DNA of 64,000 nucleotides from an uncultured Bacteroidales bacterium (GTDB taxonomy: Bacteria; Bacteroidota; Bacteroidia; Bacteroidales; FEN-979), in the NCBI GenBank assembly GCA_903929315.1, contig CAIYUC010000066.1, positions 74,986 through 138,985 of the forward strand. Direction: 5' to 3'. The notes beneath the pieces are model-generated. The model saw only the letters and a program-made list of their open reading frames with translations. It ran no database searches and was not told where the DNA came from. Positions 31,619 to 40,283 of this stretch are shown here, piece after piece (the first letter of the stretch is position 1; the number at the start of each line of letters is the position of its first letter). The translations under genes and the position numbers were made by a program.

Positions 31619-32365
31619 CTACTTGTTATATCTTTTCCCCATACTGACACTCAGGTATAGCGTGAGAAAGAAATTTTGTGGCGGGTTATAGGCCATTAGG
31701 GGAATGCCGACAGGTTCATAATCAAGGACACCACCTATTTCAAGGGATTGGATCCGTTTATTCAGAGTGCCGAATTCAAATTCCAGACCACCTCTTGCAT
31801 AGATTCCAGGGTAAAATTTTGTATAGATGATTCCGTCGAGGAATGGGCCTCTTCCATAAATGGTTTCAGGAAAATCTGTTGCAGGGTCATATCGGCGTTC
31901 TATGCGGGTATTATCTGAAACAATATACAGATAGACCGGCTTTGCCAGTCCTATGGTGATCCCGCCATAATAAAGGTAACTCAATTGAATTCCGCCCCAG
32001 TAAGGTTTTCTGTTCATGATATGCTGGATTCCCATACCCCCCCTGAGAAAATATACATAATTCAGTTTTCCGTAAACATAGCTTTTTGAATCGGAATAGT
32101 ACAGATTTGTGATTTTGATCTCTTTCAATGCTTTATATGTTGAGAATTCAATCTCCCATATCCTCTGGGTAAGAAAGGAAAGGTTCTTCCCTTTCCGGAA
32201 CTTTAAACCCCAGCCGTTTGTATTCAGGTGAAGACCCAGGGTCCATTGCCGTTCAAAAAGAACATTGTCGTTTGTCGTATCAATGTTATTCTCATTCTGA
32301 GCATAGGAGATCAACCCTGCCGAAACCAATAAAATAATACCAAGAAGGTTATACAATTTATGCAT
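31619..32365 (-). CDS. Hypothetical exported protein, beta-barrel-like
   Basis: Signal peptide MHKLYNLLGIILLVSAGLISYAQ, with alternating aromatic/Gly-rich strands. I recognised no family. Confidence 0.6.
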   Translation of the reverse strand: MHKLYNLLGIILLVSAGLISYAQNENNIDTTNDNVLFERQWTLGLHLNTNGWGLKFRKGKNLSFLTQRIWEIEFSTYKALKEIKITNLYYSDSKSYVYGKLNYVYFLRGGMGIQHIMNRKPYWGGIQLSYLYYGGITIGLAKPVYLYIVSDNTRIERRYDPATDFPETIYGRGPFLDGIIYTKFYPGIYARGGLEFEFGTLNKRIQSLEIGGVLDYEPVGIPLMAYNPPQNFFLTLYLSVSMGKRYNK

Positions 32366-32404
32366 TACAACAGGAAATCAGGTTCGGGTAACAAAGGTAC
32401 AAAA

Positions 32405-32444
32405 GAAATAAAAAAAGGGAAGATACCCTTCCCTTTAATTTTTT
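32405..32444 (-). terminator. Rho-independent terminator (9-bp stem aaagggaag/cttcccttt with A/T runs on both sides)
   Basis: The stem pairs 32414-32422 with 32428-32436. On the minus strand it is followed by a T-run. It lies 27 nt downstream of the small lipoprotein ORF. Confidence 0.6.
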
Positions 32445-32470
32445 GAAAAGAAAATCTTAATTAAATCTTA

Positions 32471-32596
32471 TCAGTGACGCTCTATTTGATATCTTTGTTT
32501 CTCTCCGTATGCAGCGCATCGTTCACTTGATTTGCACGAAATTAGGAGAATTCCGAAGAGGATGACAACTGTGAAAGCTAACAAGATTTTTCTCAT
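32471..32596 (-). CDS. Small putative lipoprotein (41 aa), absent from the ORF track
   Basis: The minus-strand translation is MRKILLAFTVVILFGILLISCKSSERCAAYGEKQRYQIERH. It has a lipobox LLISC, and its own terminator follows. Confidence 0.5.
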   Translation of the reverse strand: MRKILLAFTVVILFGILLISCKSSERCAAYGEKQRYQIERH

Positions 32597-32713
32597 GACG
32601 ACTTATAAATATTGGAATATCTGAATATCAAATACAAAGTAAAGGAATTTCATGATTAACAACAAGCTTTTTTGAAAATTATTGTGCAAAAGTTATAAAC
32701 TTTAACAGAATTG

Positions 32714-33400
32714 ATGAATTATATGGAAAAAATCAATCCCGTAATAGAAGAAAGTTGGAAGGAAATATTGGAAGATGAGTTCGACAAACCCTATTTCGCG
32801 GAACTGAAGCAATTTTTATTGGGGGAAAAGAAAAAATTCAGGGTCTTTCCACCTGGCCCACTGATATTTAATGCATTCAATCGTACGCCTTTTCAAAATG
32901 TAAAAGTTGTCCTTATCGGTCAGGATCCTTATCATGGTTCTGGTCAGGCTCACGGACTTTGCTTCTCGGTCCCGGATGGAATTCCAAAGCCTCCCTCATT
33001 GGTAAATATTTTTATCGAATTAGAAACAGATACAGGAATACCTCAACCTGCTCATGGCAACCTGGAAAAATGGGCCGACCAGGGAGTTCTGTTACTCAAC
33101 GCTACATTAACGGTAAGGGAAAACCAGGCAGGCTCACACCAGAACAAAGGATGGGAAATATTCACGGATGCCGTGATCACCAAGCTTTCCGAATTGCACA
33201 GCGGTTTGATATTTATTCTTTGGGGTAACTTTGCAATTGCAAAGAGAAACCTTGTCGATTCATCGAAGCATATTATCCTGACGGCTGCACATCCTTCACC
33301 GTTTTCTGCCAATAAGGGTTTTTTTGGTTGCAGGCATTTCTCGAAAGTCAACGAAATACTGAAAAGCGCCGGACAGGCAGAAATCGATTGGAGACTTTAA
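32714..33400 (+). CDS. ung: Uracil-DNA glycosylase (family 1)
   Basis: Motifs VVLIGQDPYHGSGQAHGLCFSV, LLLNATLTV and HPSPFSA. Confidence 0.95.
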   Translation: MNYMEKINPVIEESWKEILEDEFDKPYFAELKQFLLGEKKKFRVFPPGPLIFNAFNRTPFQNVKVVLIGQDPYHGSGQAHGLCFSVPDGIPKPPSLVNIFIELETDTGIPQPAHGNLEKWADQGVLLLNATLTVRENQAGSHQNKGWEIFTDAVITKLSELHSGLIFILWGNFAIAKRNLVDSSKHIILTAAHPSPFSANKGFFGCRHFSKVNEILKSAGQAEIDWRL

Positions 33401-33444
33401 AATTTTACGATTATTATGACGTTTTCTATTGTAAAAGGTTTGAA

Positions 33445-34269
33445 ATGAACAGATTTTTCAGTTTTGTTAAAGTTGCTTCATTCATTCTTCTATCTGTTGT
33501 TTTTTTCTCTTGTCATAAAAATGGCACGGTTGAGGAGATTACAATTAAGAAGAATGGGAACATCTTGTTCCAATTCACTCATTTGAATAACGGGAATGAG
33601 CTTTTGTTTGATACGATGATTTATAGGACATCCACCGGGAATCAATATATGATCAATGATCTTCAATACTTTATCTCGGGATTCCAGGTTCATAGAGCAA
33701 AAGATAAGTGGATCCAAATCGTATCGGATAAGGGGATTCATTATATCGATGCACAGGATAAATCCACGTTTTTATGGAAAGTAACTGACGGGATTCCCCC
33801 CGGTGTTTACGATTCTGTCAGTTTTATTTTCGGCCTCGATGCAGCCAACAATATTTCCTTCCGTTTTCCTGATCCGCCGGAACGCGATATGTTCTGGCCG
33901 GAAATCTTAGGAGGCGGTTATCATTACATGAAAATGAACCTGAAATGGAAAAACAATTCAATGACGGACCCGATGCCATTCATGTTTCACCTGGGAATAG
34001 GCCAGATGTATAACGGGGATTCTACCAACACGGATTCAATCATTGGGTATATTCAAAATTATTTTACCATAAAATCTTTCTCTCCATTTGCAATTAAAGA
34101 CAATCAATTAACCCGAATTAACCTCATTATGAACATCGAAAAATGGTTCGATTCACAGAATGCATTTAACTTTTCGGATTACCCGATGGGGATCATGCAA
34201 AACCAGCTTGGAATGTACCGGGCATGCATGAATGGGAGGAAGGCTTTTGCAATGAAGAATGAGCAATGA
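33445..34269 (+). CDS. MbnP-like exported protein (partner of a di-heme peroxidase)
   Basis: Signal/lipobox MNRFFSFVKVASFILLSVVFFSC. LQYFISGFQVH resembles the MbnP family. It sits directly upstream of an MbnH/CCP-like gene. The assignment is by recollection and context. Confidence 0.45.
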   Translation: MNRFFSFVKVASFILLSVVFFSCHKNGTVEEITIKKNGNILFQFTHLNNGNELLFDTMIYRTSTGNQYMINDLQYFISGFQVHRAKDKWIQIVSDKGIHYIDAQDKSTFLWKVTDGIPPGVYDSVSFIFGLDAANNISFRFPDPPERDMFWPEILGGGYHYMKMNLKWKNNSMTDPMPFMFHLGIGQMYNGDSTNTDSIIGYIQNYFTIKSFSPFAIKDNQLTRINLIMNIEKWFDSQNAFNFSDYPMGIMQNQLGMYRACMNGRKAFAMKNEQ

Positions 34270-34325
34270 TCAATGAGGAATGGGCAATAAGCAATTATCA
34301 AGTTCTGACCGGGATTTTCACAGCT

Positions 34326-34348
34326 GGCGCGCGTCTCTGACGCGTGCC
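34326..34348 (+). repeat. Single B-type REP hairpin between the MbnP-like and peroxidase genes
   Basis: Exact ggcgcgcgtctctgacgcgtgcc. Confidence 0.9.
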
Positions 34349-34371
34349 CGGATAACTTTAGCAGCTAAGTA

Positions 34372-35520
34372 ATGAGTAAAAGCAGATTTTTTACAGGGAT
34401 GATGTTTGTTTTGATGATCACCATTCTTTCATCCTGCAAAAAGAAAGAAGATCAAACCACTACATATACTCCAACTCCCTATGCCATTCAAATTCCTCTT
34501 CGTTTTCCTTCACTACTAAATATTCCCAAGGATAATCCGATGACACAGGAAGGAATAGAACTGGGCCGGTATTTATTTTATGACGGACGTCTTTCCGGCA
34601 GGACCGATCCTGATTCTATGATGAGTTGTTCAACCTGCCATATCCAGTCAAACTCTTTTGTATGCGGGATAGATCATCCTAAATTCAAGGGGGGACATCC
34701 GTTTGGTATTACTGGCATACCCACCTCACATTACATGCTTCCGATGATCAATCTTGTCTGGAACACTACCGGATATCTATGGAACGGGGCTATCTACCCC
34801 GGGAACCCTGATATTCAAAGCAGGAATCTGGAGGATATTGTGAGGTTGGTTATGACAATACCCCAGGAGATGTATGCCGATACCAACAGGGTAAAAATAT
34901 TGTTTCAACAGTTGAATGGTTATCCCGGTCTCTTTCAGAAAGCCTTTGGCAGCGATGTCATTACCATAAAAAACATGGGAAAAGCCATCGCACAGTTTGT
35001 TCGTACTTTAATCTCTGCAAATTCAAAGTTCGACCGTTTTATGCGGGGGGAAGTGCAGCTTAATTCAGAGGAGTTGGACGGGTACGTTTTATTTATGACT
35101 GAGCAGGGAGGCGATTGTTTTCATTGCCATGGCGGGGATGGTAACCCTCTTTTCACTACCAATCTCTGTTATAACAATGGGAAAGATTCGGTATTTACGG
35201 ATCCCCTTGACCACTATTCTGTGACTAAAAATTCGATGGATATCGGAGCTTATAAAGCCCCGACATTAAGGAACCTGGCTTTCACAGCGCCCTATATGCA
35301 TGACGGCAGATTCAAAACGATCGATGAAGTGATCGACTTTTATAGCTCCGGTCTTGTATGGTCGCCATCCATAAGCCCGCTTATGCATCATCTACGAACC
35401 GGGGGAGTGCAGCTCACTCCCATAAAAAAGGCCCATTTAAAGGCATTTTTATTAACATTGACAGATAGCTCTTTTGTAATAAATCCGGCATTCGGAAGAC
35501 CGGCGAAGTTGCCGGATTAA
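34372..35520 (+). CDS. Di-heme cytochrome c peroxidase family lipoprotein (MbnH/MauG/CCP-like)
   Basis: Lipobox LSSC and two heme motifs, CSTCH and CFHCH. APTLRN and APYMHDG are typical of the CCP family. Confidence 0.85.
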   Translation: MSKSRFFTGMMFVLMITILSSCKKKEDQTTTYTPTPYAIQIPLRFPSLLNIPKDNPMTQEGIELGRYLFYDGRLSGRTDPDSMMSCSTCHIQSNSFVCGIDHPKFKGGHPFGITGIPTSHYMLPMINLVWNTTGYLWNGAIYPGNPDIQSRNLEDIVRLVMTIPQEMYADTNRVKILFQQLNGYPGLFQKAFGSDVITIKNMGKAIAQFVRTLISANSKFDRFMRGEVQLNSEELDGYVLFMTEQGGDCFHCHGGDGNPLFTTNLCYNNGKDSVFTDPLDHYSVTKNSMDIGAYKAPTLRNLAFTAPYMHDGRFKTIDEVIDFYSSGLVWSPSISPLMHHLRTGGVQLTPIKKAHLKAFLLTLTDSSFVINPAFGRPAKLPD

Positions 35521-35570
35521 TAATAATTAAATACTTCATTCTCTTTATTGAAAGCTCAAAAGGAAAAATT

Positions 35571-35633
35571 ACCGCAAAGACGCGAAGAAATAATTCATGA
35601 ATTTTTATTTTTGCGTCTTCGCGCCTTCGCGGT
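35571..35633. repeat. Hairpin of the ACCGCAAAGACGCG word family
   Basis: accgcaaagacgcgaag faces tttgcgtcttcgcgccttcgcggt. Confidence 0.75.
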
Positions 35634-35690
35634 GAAAAAAAAATTGCTTTTAAGTCAAAAACAAAAGGGAATGGAGTTAAAGATGAAATT

Positions 35691-36497
35691 ATGCTTCTTT
35701 TCCCAAATAGCAAGATCAACCTCGGCCTGAACGTTCTTGAAAAACGTCACGATGGTTTTCATAATATTGAAACAATATTCTATCCGGTTGGTTTATCCGA
35801 TGCGTTGGAAATTATCATTGCAAATGACGGGAAATTCGAATTCAATCACACGGGATTATCAATCGAAGGAAACACGGAAGATAACCTTTGTATAAAAGCC
35901 TACCGGTTATTAACTGAAGATTTTAAACTGGCTCAGGTAAAAATTCATCTGCATAAAGTAATTCCTATAGGCGCCGGCCTTGGTGGCGGTTCTTCGGATG
36001 GGGCATCCACGATAAAACTATTGAACCAACTTTTCTCTCTTGGGCTTTCGAATAGTGGAATTACAGAATACTCCCGGAAACTGGGAAGTGATTGTGCCTT
36101 TTTCATCGAAAATAAGCCGGTTTTTGCTTTCGGAAAAGGAGATCATTTCGAACCTATCCGGGTTGACTTGTCAACCTTTACCATCCTCATTGTTGTCCCG
36201 GCGATCCATGTGAATACGGCAGAAGCTTATTCCATGGTTATGCCTTCGAAAACCGGGAGATCGCTGAAAGATATTGTATTTCTACCTGCCCATCAATGGA
36301 GAGATCATCTTCAGAATGATTTTGAATCCTCTGTATTTTTGCATCATCCACAGATCCTGCAGATCAAACAGCAGTTATATGATCAGGGGGCCGTCTATGC
36401 TTCAATGAGTGGCAGTGGTTCCGCTGTTTACGGAATATTTGAAAAGAAGAAAATCCCTTTGGGTCTTTTCAGCGATTGTTTTGTCTGGTTGCAGTAA
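35691..36497 (+). CDS. ispE: 4-diphosphocytidyl-2-C-methyl-D-erythritol kinase
   Basis: FPNSKINLGLNVLEKRHDGFHNIETIF and the GHMP motif PIGAGLGGGSSDGA. Confidence 0.9.
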   Translation: MLLFPNSKINLGLNVLEKRHDGFHNIETIFYPVGLSDALEIIIANDGKFEFNHTGLSIEGNTEDNLCIKAYRLLTEDFKLAQVKIHLHKVIPIGAGLGGGSSDGASTIKLLNQLFSLGLSNSGITEYSRKLGSDCAFFIENKPVFAFGKGDHFEPIRVDLSTFTILIVVPAIHVNTAEAYSMVMPSKTGRSLKDIVFLPAHQWRDHLQNDFESSVFLHHPQILQIKQQLYDQGAVYASMSGSGSAVYGIFEKKKIPLGLFSDCFVWLQ

Positions 36498-36513
36498 ATC
36501 AGGAACCCTGGAA

Positions 36514-36735
36514 TCATTTTTTTATAATTTGCTCATAGATCGACATGATCTCGTCCCTGTATTTAGGGGGAGCTTCAATGTATCCCCATCCGTTTTCCAA
36601 TTGCCAGATGCCGCCAATAGCGGAATCTGCAGAGGAAACGAGCCCAAAAGGAATTTTTTTGTCCTCCAGGACTTCAGACAATAATTCTGCTTCAAATTCA
36701 CTGCTTAAATCCACGATTCTTTCATATTCTTCCAT
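36514..36735 (-). CDS. Hypothetical small protein (possibly DUF2007-like)
   Basis: 73-aa acidic ORF in a gap with no competing gene. The family call is weak. Confidence 0.45.
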   Translation of the reverse strand: MEEYERIVDLSSEFEAELLSEVLEDKKIPFGLVSSADSAIGGIWQLENGWGYIEAPPKYRDEIMSIYEQIIKK

Positions 36736-36843
36736 AACTGGTTACTTAAAATTGGGGGATAAAGGTACGAATTCAAGCTGAAATATCATCCTGTTTTTCT
36801 TAGCGTGCGCCAATTATAAATTGGGCCATGAAGCCAGACCCGA

Positions 36844-37254
36844 TTATAAATTAATAAAATCCTGAGCTGTCATTACAATTATCTGCGCCTTTTTATAATC
36901 TTTGAGATTCCGGGTTAACAGGATGTCACAATCACTTTCTAATGCACAAAAGTATTGGATGGCATCTTCAAAATCAGTAAATTCAGAATTCAATGCAAGG
37001 TCAATTATTTTTTCATTTAATGGGACCACATGAACCAACAGTCTGAATTTCCTCAATACCTGCTTAGCTTCAGCAGAGGATATCTGTTTGGAGATAAAAT
37101 AATGAATATTAGCAATAGAAAGAGCTGAAATGAAGATTTGAATCTTCCTTTCATCAGAAAAAGTAAATAACCTGGCAGTTGACTGATAGTGAGGATCACG
37201 CGATGCAAGTAAATCATAAATGATATCCGTATCAACGAAGACCTTTTTTTTCAT
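36844..37254 (-). CDS. PIN-domain (VapC-like) toxin
   Basis: VFVDTDIIYDLL, FEDAIQ and LTRNLKDY supply acidic PIN residues. There is a 4-nt overlap with the upstream antitoxin-like gene. Confidence 0.8.
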   Translation of the reverse strand: MKKKVFVDTDIIYDLLASRDPHYQSTARLFTFSDERKIQIFISALSIANIHYFISKQISSAEAKQVLRKFRLLVHVVPLNEKIIDLALNSEFTDFEDAIQYFCALESDCDILLTRNLKDYKKAQIIVMTAQDFINL

Positions 37255-37496
37255 AAATACTTTTCAGTGATGTGTTTTTGATATTTTTCTTTATGATTGA
37301 AACCGGAAGGTAACCGGATGATTCCACCAAGTGATTTTACCAATGGCGAAATCTCCTCTTTTTCAGTTGATTCTGATGTTATAGCTGACAGATAGTTTTC
37401 TATCAGTCTGGATAAGCTTGTTTCATGATCATCAGCATATTTTTTGGCTTGCTCGATAATCTTCTTTTTCAATTTTAAGGTGAGTTTTGTATCCAT
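37251..37496 (-). CDS. Antitoxin-like small protein (DUF6364-like)
   Basis: MDTKLTLKLKKKIIEQAKKYADDHETSLSRLIENYL. I chose the Met at 37496 rather than the ORF start at 37547. Confidence 0.65.
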   Translation of the reverse strand: MDTKLTLKLKKKIIEQAKKYADDHETSLSRLIENYLSAITSESTEKEEISPLVKSLGGIIRLPSGFNHKEKYQKHITEKYL

Positions 37497-37516
37497 TTCA
37501 TTTTTCTTAAGGCGTA

Positions 37517-37524
37517 CAAAAATA
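37517..37524 (-). promoter_or_regulatory. Candidate -7 box (TATTTTTG) for the antitoxin/PIN operon
   Basis: The reverse complement of caaaaata lies 20 nt upstream of ATG 37496. A second copy is at 37525-37532. Confidence 0.3.
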
Positions 37525-37627
37525 CAAAAATAATACGTATAATTCAAAAAAAATTATCCAATTTGCTTCTTATTCGTGTCTTCCGCTAATTTATTAATGG
37601 TCGGAGATTTGGGATTGTGGAAGTCGT

Positions 37628-37760
37628 AGTGTGCCTTCGTGCAATCCTTGGAGACCTTACTGGATAACCTTTAAAGATTTTAACCACAAAGGGGCACAAA
37701 GGATTGCACAAAGCCTTCCTAACGGCAGGGATCACAAAGTTTGCACAAAGTATCACAAGG
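37628..37760. repeat. CACAAAG-word hairpin plus trailing word repeats
   Basis: tgtgccttcgtgcaatccttgg faces ccacaaaggggcacaaaggattgcacaaag, followed by atcacaaagtttgcacaaagtatcacaagg. Confidence 0.6.
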
Positions 37761-37811
37761 AAAAAAAGATCTCAAGCATGCACTACAAGCGCGCGCTAAG
37801 TGGGAATAATC

Positions 37812-37834
37812 AGCACGCGTCAGAGACGCGCGCT
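37812..37834 (-). repeat. Single B-type REP hairpin (variant) 20 nt downstream of the permease gene stop
   Basis: The read is agcacgcgtcagagacgcgcgct. Confidence 0.8.
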
Positions 37835-37853
37835 AAATGGTTAATCTCCCTGG

Positions 37854-38933
37854 CTATTTTGGTGCCGCCCTCACCAGAAACAAAGCCACAATCGTGAAGA
37901 TAATATTCGGGGTCCACACAGCGAGCAGGGGCGGAAAATTTCCGAATGTGGCCAACACCGTGAAAACCTGCATAAATAAAATATATAAAAAAGTCAATGC
38001 CAGGCCGAACCCTAGACTGAAACCAACTCCACCCCGGGTTTTACGGCTGGACACAGAAACACCAATTAGTGTGAGTACGAGTGTCGCAAACGGGAATACG
38101 ATACGTTCGTATTTCTTTACCTTGTACTTGATCACATCCGGATCGCCCCGCATCTCTATTTTCTTTAGATGCTCCTGTAATACAAAATAGTTCATGACGG
38201 AGACCTCCTCAATATCTTCGTTCAGATCGGAAGGCCTGAATGGTAATAACGTATCCATCCTCATTCCCGTTTTGATAGTTTCATTATTCACATAGAGTTT
38301 CCGGATAAAATAATTGTTCAGAATCCATTTCGAACGGATACTGTCCCATTCCACCCGGTCAGCCATTAATTTATAGTGAAGATCCCGGTCGTCCGTAAAT
38401 GTTTCCAGCGAAAATTTCCACCCGGTTTTAGTTTTTCTGTTGAAATTTTCCAGATATATATAAGTTCCGGGACTGACCTGCTTGTGAATATTCATATCAT
38501 TGAATGCCTTGGGATCTTTAATGTATTGCCTTTCAAAGGTAAGCTTGCCCCTGTTCGTATAGGGTATGATGAAATTACCGAGAAGAAAGGACATCAGGCC
38601 CAGAATGGCTGCTGAGACCAAGTATGGAAACAGCAGCCGGCGGAAACTGATCCCGCTGCTGAGAATGGCAATGATTTCAGTGTTGGCAGCCATCCTGGAG
38701 GTAAAGAAAATGACTGCTATGAATACAAACAGGTAGCTGAACAGGTTGACGAAATGGGGGATGAAATTCAGGTAATAGTTGAAAATGATGGCTTTTAAAG
38801 GTGCGTCATGCTTCAGGAAGTCATCAATATGCTCGGAAACATCAAAGATGATCACGATGAAAATGAGCAGGATAATGGAAAAGAAAAACGTTCCCAGGAA
38901 TTGTTTGATAATATATTTGTCGATGATCTTCAT
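37854..38933 (-). CDS. LptF/LptG-family (YjgP/YjgQ) permease
   Basis: 359 aa. MKIIDKYIIKQFLGTFFFSIILL is followed by a periplasmic middle domain and C-terminal TM helices. Confidence 0.85.
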   Translation of the reverse strand: MKIIDKYIIKQFLGTFFFSIILLIFIVIIFDVSEHIDDFLKHDAPLKAIIFNYYLNFIPHFVNLFSYLFVFIAVIFFTSRMAANTEIIAILSSGISFRRLLFPYLVSAAILGLMSFLLGNFIIPYTNRGKLTFERQYIKDPKAFNDMNIHKQVSPGTYIYLENFNRKTKTGWKFSLETFTDDRDLHYKLMADRVEWDSIRSKWILNNYFIRKLYVNNETIKTGMRMDTLLPFRPSDLNEDIEEVSVMNYFVLQEHLKKIEMRGDPDVIKYKVKKYERIVFPFATLVLTLIGVSVSSRKTRGGVGFSLGFGLALTFLYILFMQVFTVLATFGNFPPLLAVWTPNIIFTIVALFLVRAAPK

Positions 38934-38936
38934 CTT

Positions 38937-40067
38937 TCAGAGCTTATTCATAAGTTGTCGGGTCATGATCGCTTTCCAGGCTGAGAAATTTCCTTTAAGG
39001 ATCTTTCTTCTTGATTCCGACATCAGCCAGATATAAAACCCCAGGTTATGAGCGGTAGCGATCATCGCGGCAAGCATTTCTTTTGCGACGAACAGATGCC
39101 GGAGATAAGCTTTCGAATAATCCTGATCGGTGAAGACCCCGCCTTCTTCCTCGAGCGGTGAAAAATCTTTTTTCCACTTAACATTTTTGATATTGATGAT
39201 ACCGTTCCGTGTAAACAGCATACCGTTTCGTCCGTTCCGGGTAGGGATCACACAATCGAAAAGATCGATTCCCAAGGCAATACATTCCAGGATATTTGCC
39301 GGTGTTCCGACGCCCATAAGGTAACGGGGTTTGTTTTCCGGAAGGGTCTTGCAGACAAGGTCCGTCATCTCATACATCACTGCAGTCGGTTCACCCACGG
39401 ATAAACCGCCGATCGCATTTCCGGGGGCATCACATCCCGTTATGTATTCGGCTGACCGCAGACGCAAATCCTTGTAAATGCTTCCCTGGACGATCGGAAA
39501 CAAACTCTGGGAATATCCATGCTGACATTCCGTCTTATCAAATTGTTCGAGGCAACGGTTCAGCCAATGGTGGGTAATGTCAATGGAATTAGAGGCATAC
39601 TCATATTCACATGGATAAGGGGTACATTCATCGAAAGCCATAATGATATCTGCCCCGATCGAACGCTGAATATCAATAACTTTTTCGGGGGTGAAGAAAT
39701 GGCGCGACCCGTCAATGTGAGATTGAAAGACCACGCCGTCTTCGGTGAATTTCCGTATATCTGTCATGGAATAGATCTGGTATCCGCCACTGTCTGTCAG
39801 GATGGGCTTATGCCAGCCATTGAACCGGTGGATACCACCGGCGTCCGATACGATATCTACACCCGGCCGGAGGTACAGATGATAAGTATTCGCCAATAAA
39901 ATCTGGGCTTTTATATCTTCCCTTAATTCCTTCAGATGGAGGCCTTTTACTGCTCCGGCTGTTCCAACCGGCATAAAAGCAGGTGTTTCCACCGTTCCAT
40001 GGTCAGTCTCAATTATTCCTGCACGAGCAGATGATGCATTATCATGGCCTTTTATCCGGAATCTCAT
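38937..40067 (-). CDS. tgt: Queuine tRNA-ribosyltransferase
   Basis: TPAFMPVGT, LTDSGGYQ, GLSVGEP and VPTRNGRNG. Confidence 0.95.
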   Translation of the reverse strand: MRFRIKGHDNASSARAGIIETDHGTVETPAFMPVGTAGAVKGLHLKELREDIKAQILLANTYHLYLRPGVDIVSDAGGIHRFNGWHKPILTDSGGYQIYSMTDIRKFTEDGVVFQSHIDGSRHFFTPEKVIDIQRSIGADIIMAFDECTPYPCEYEYASNSIDITHHWLNRCLEQFDKTECQHGYSQSLFPIVQGSIYKDLRLRSAEYITGCDAPGNAIGGLSVGEPTAVMYEMTDLVCKTLPENKPRYLMGVGTPANILECIALGIDLFDCVIPTRNGRNGMLFTRNGIINIKNVKWKKDFSPLEEEGGVFTDQDYSKAYLRHLFVAKEMLAAMIATAHNLGFYIWLMSESRRKILKGNFSAWKAIMTRQLMNKL

Positions 40068-40124
40068 AAAATACTATACAGAGAATTAATTCATAAACCA
40101 GAACGCAGAATTCAGGTACTCTCT

Positions 40125-40178
40125 TTGTTAATCTGTTACTTTGTTACTTTGTTACTTTATTACTCTGTTACTTTATGC
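40125..40178. repeat. Degenerate tandem octamers (GTTACTTT) in a divergent intergenic region
   Basis: The read is tgttaatctgttactttgttactttgttactttattactctgttactttatgctcc. Confidence 0.75.
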
Positions 40179-40248
40179 TCCAATTATACGATCAGTAAAG
40201 CGTTTGTAAAATTTACCGTAAAGGTAGATTTTATTCAATTAATATAAA

Positions 40249-40256
40249 TAAATTTG
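40249..40256 (+). promoter_or_regulatory. Candidate -7 box (TAAATTTG) for the GT2 gene
   Basis: TAnnTTTG match 28 nt upstream of ATG 40284. Confidence 0.35.
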
Positions 40257-40283
40257 CCCGGTGATTCTCTTAAATGATGTTAA

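Noticed and set aside
36790-36815. gcgtgcgccaatt as another REP copy.
   Set aside because: Only a half-site fragment is present and there is no partner arm. It is probably a decayed remnant, so I did not count it.
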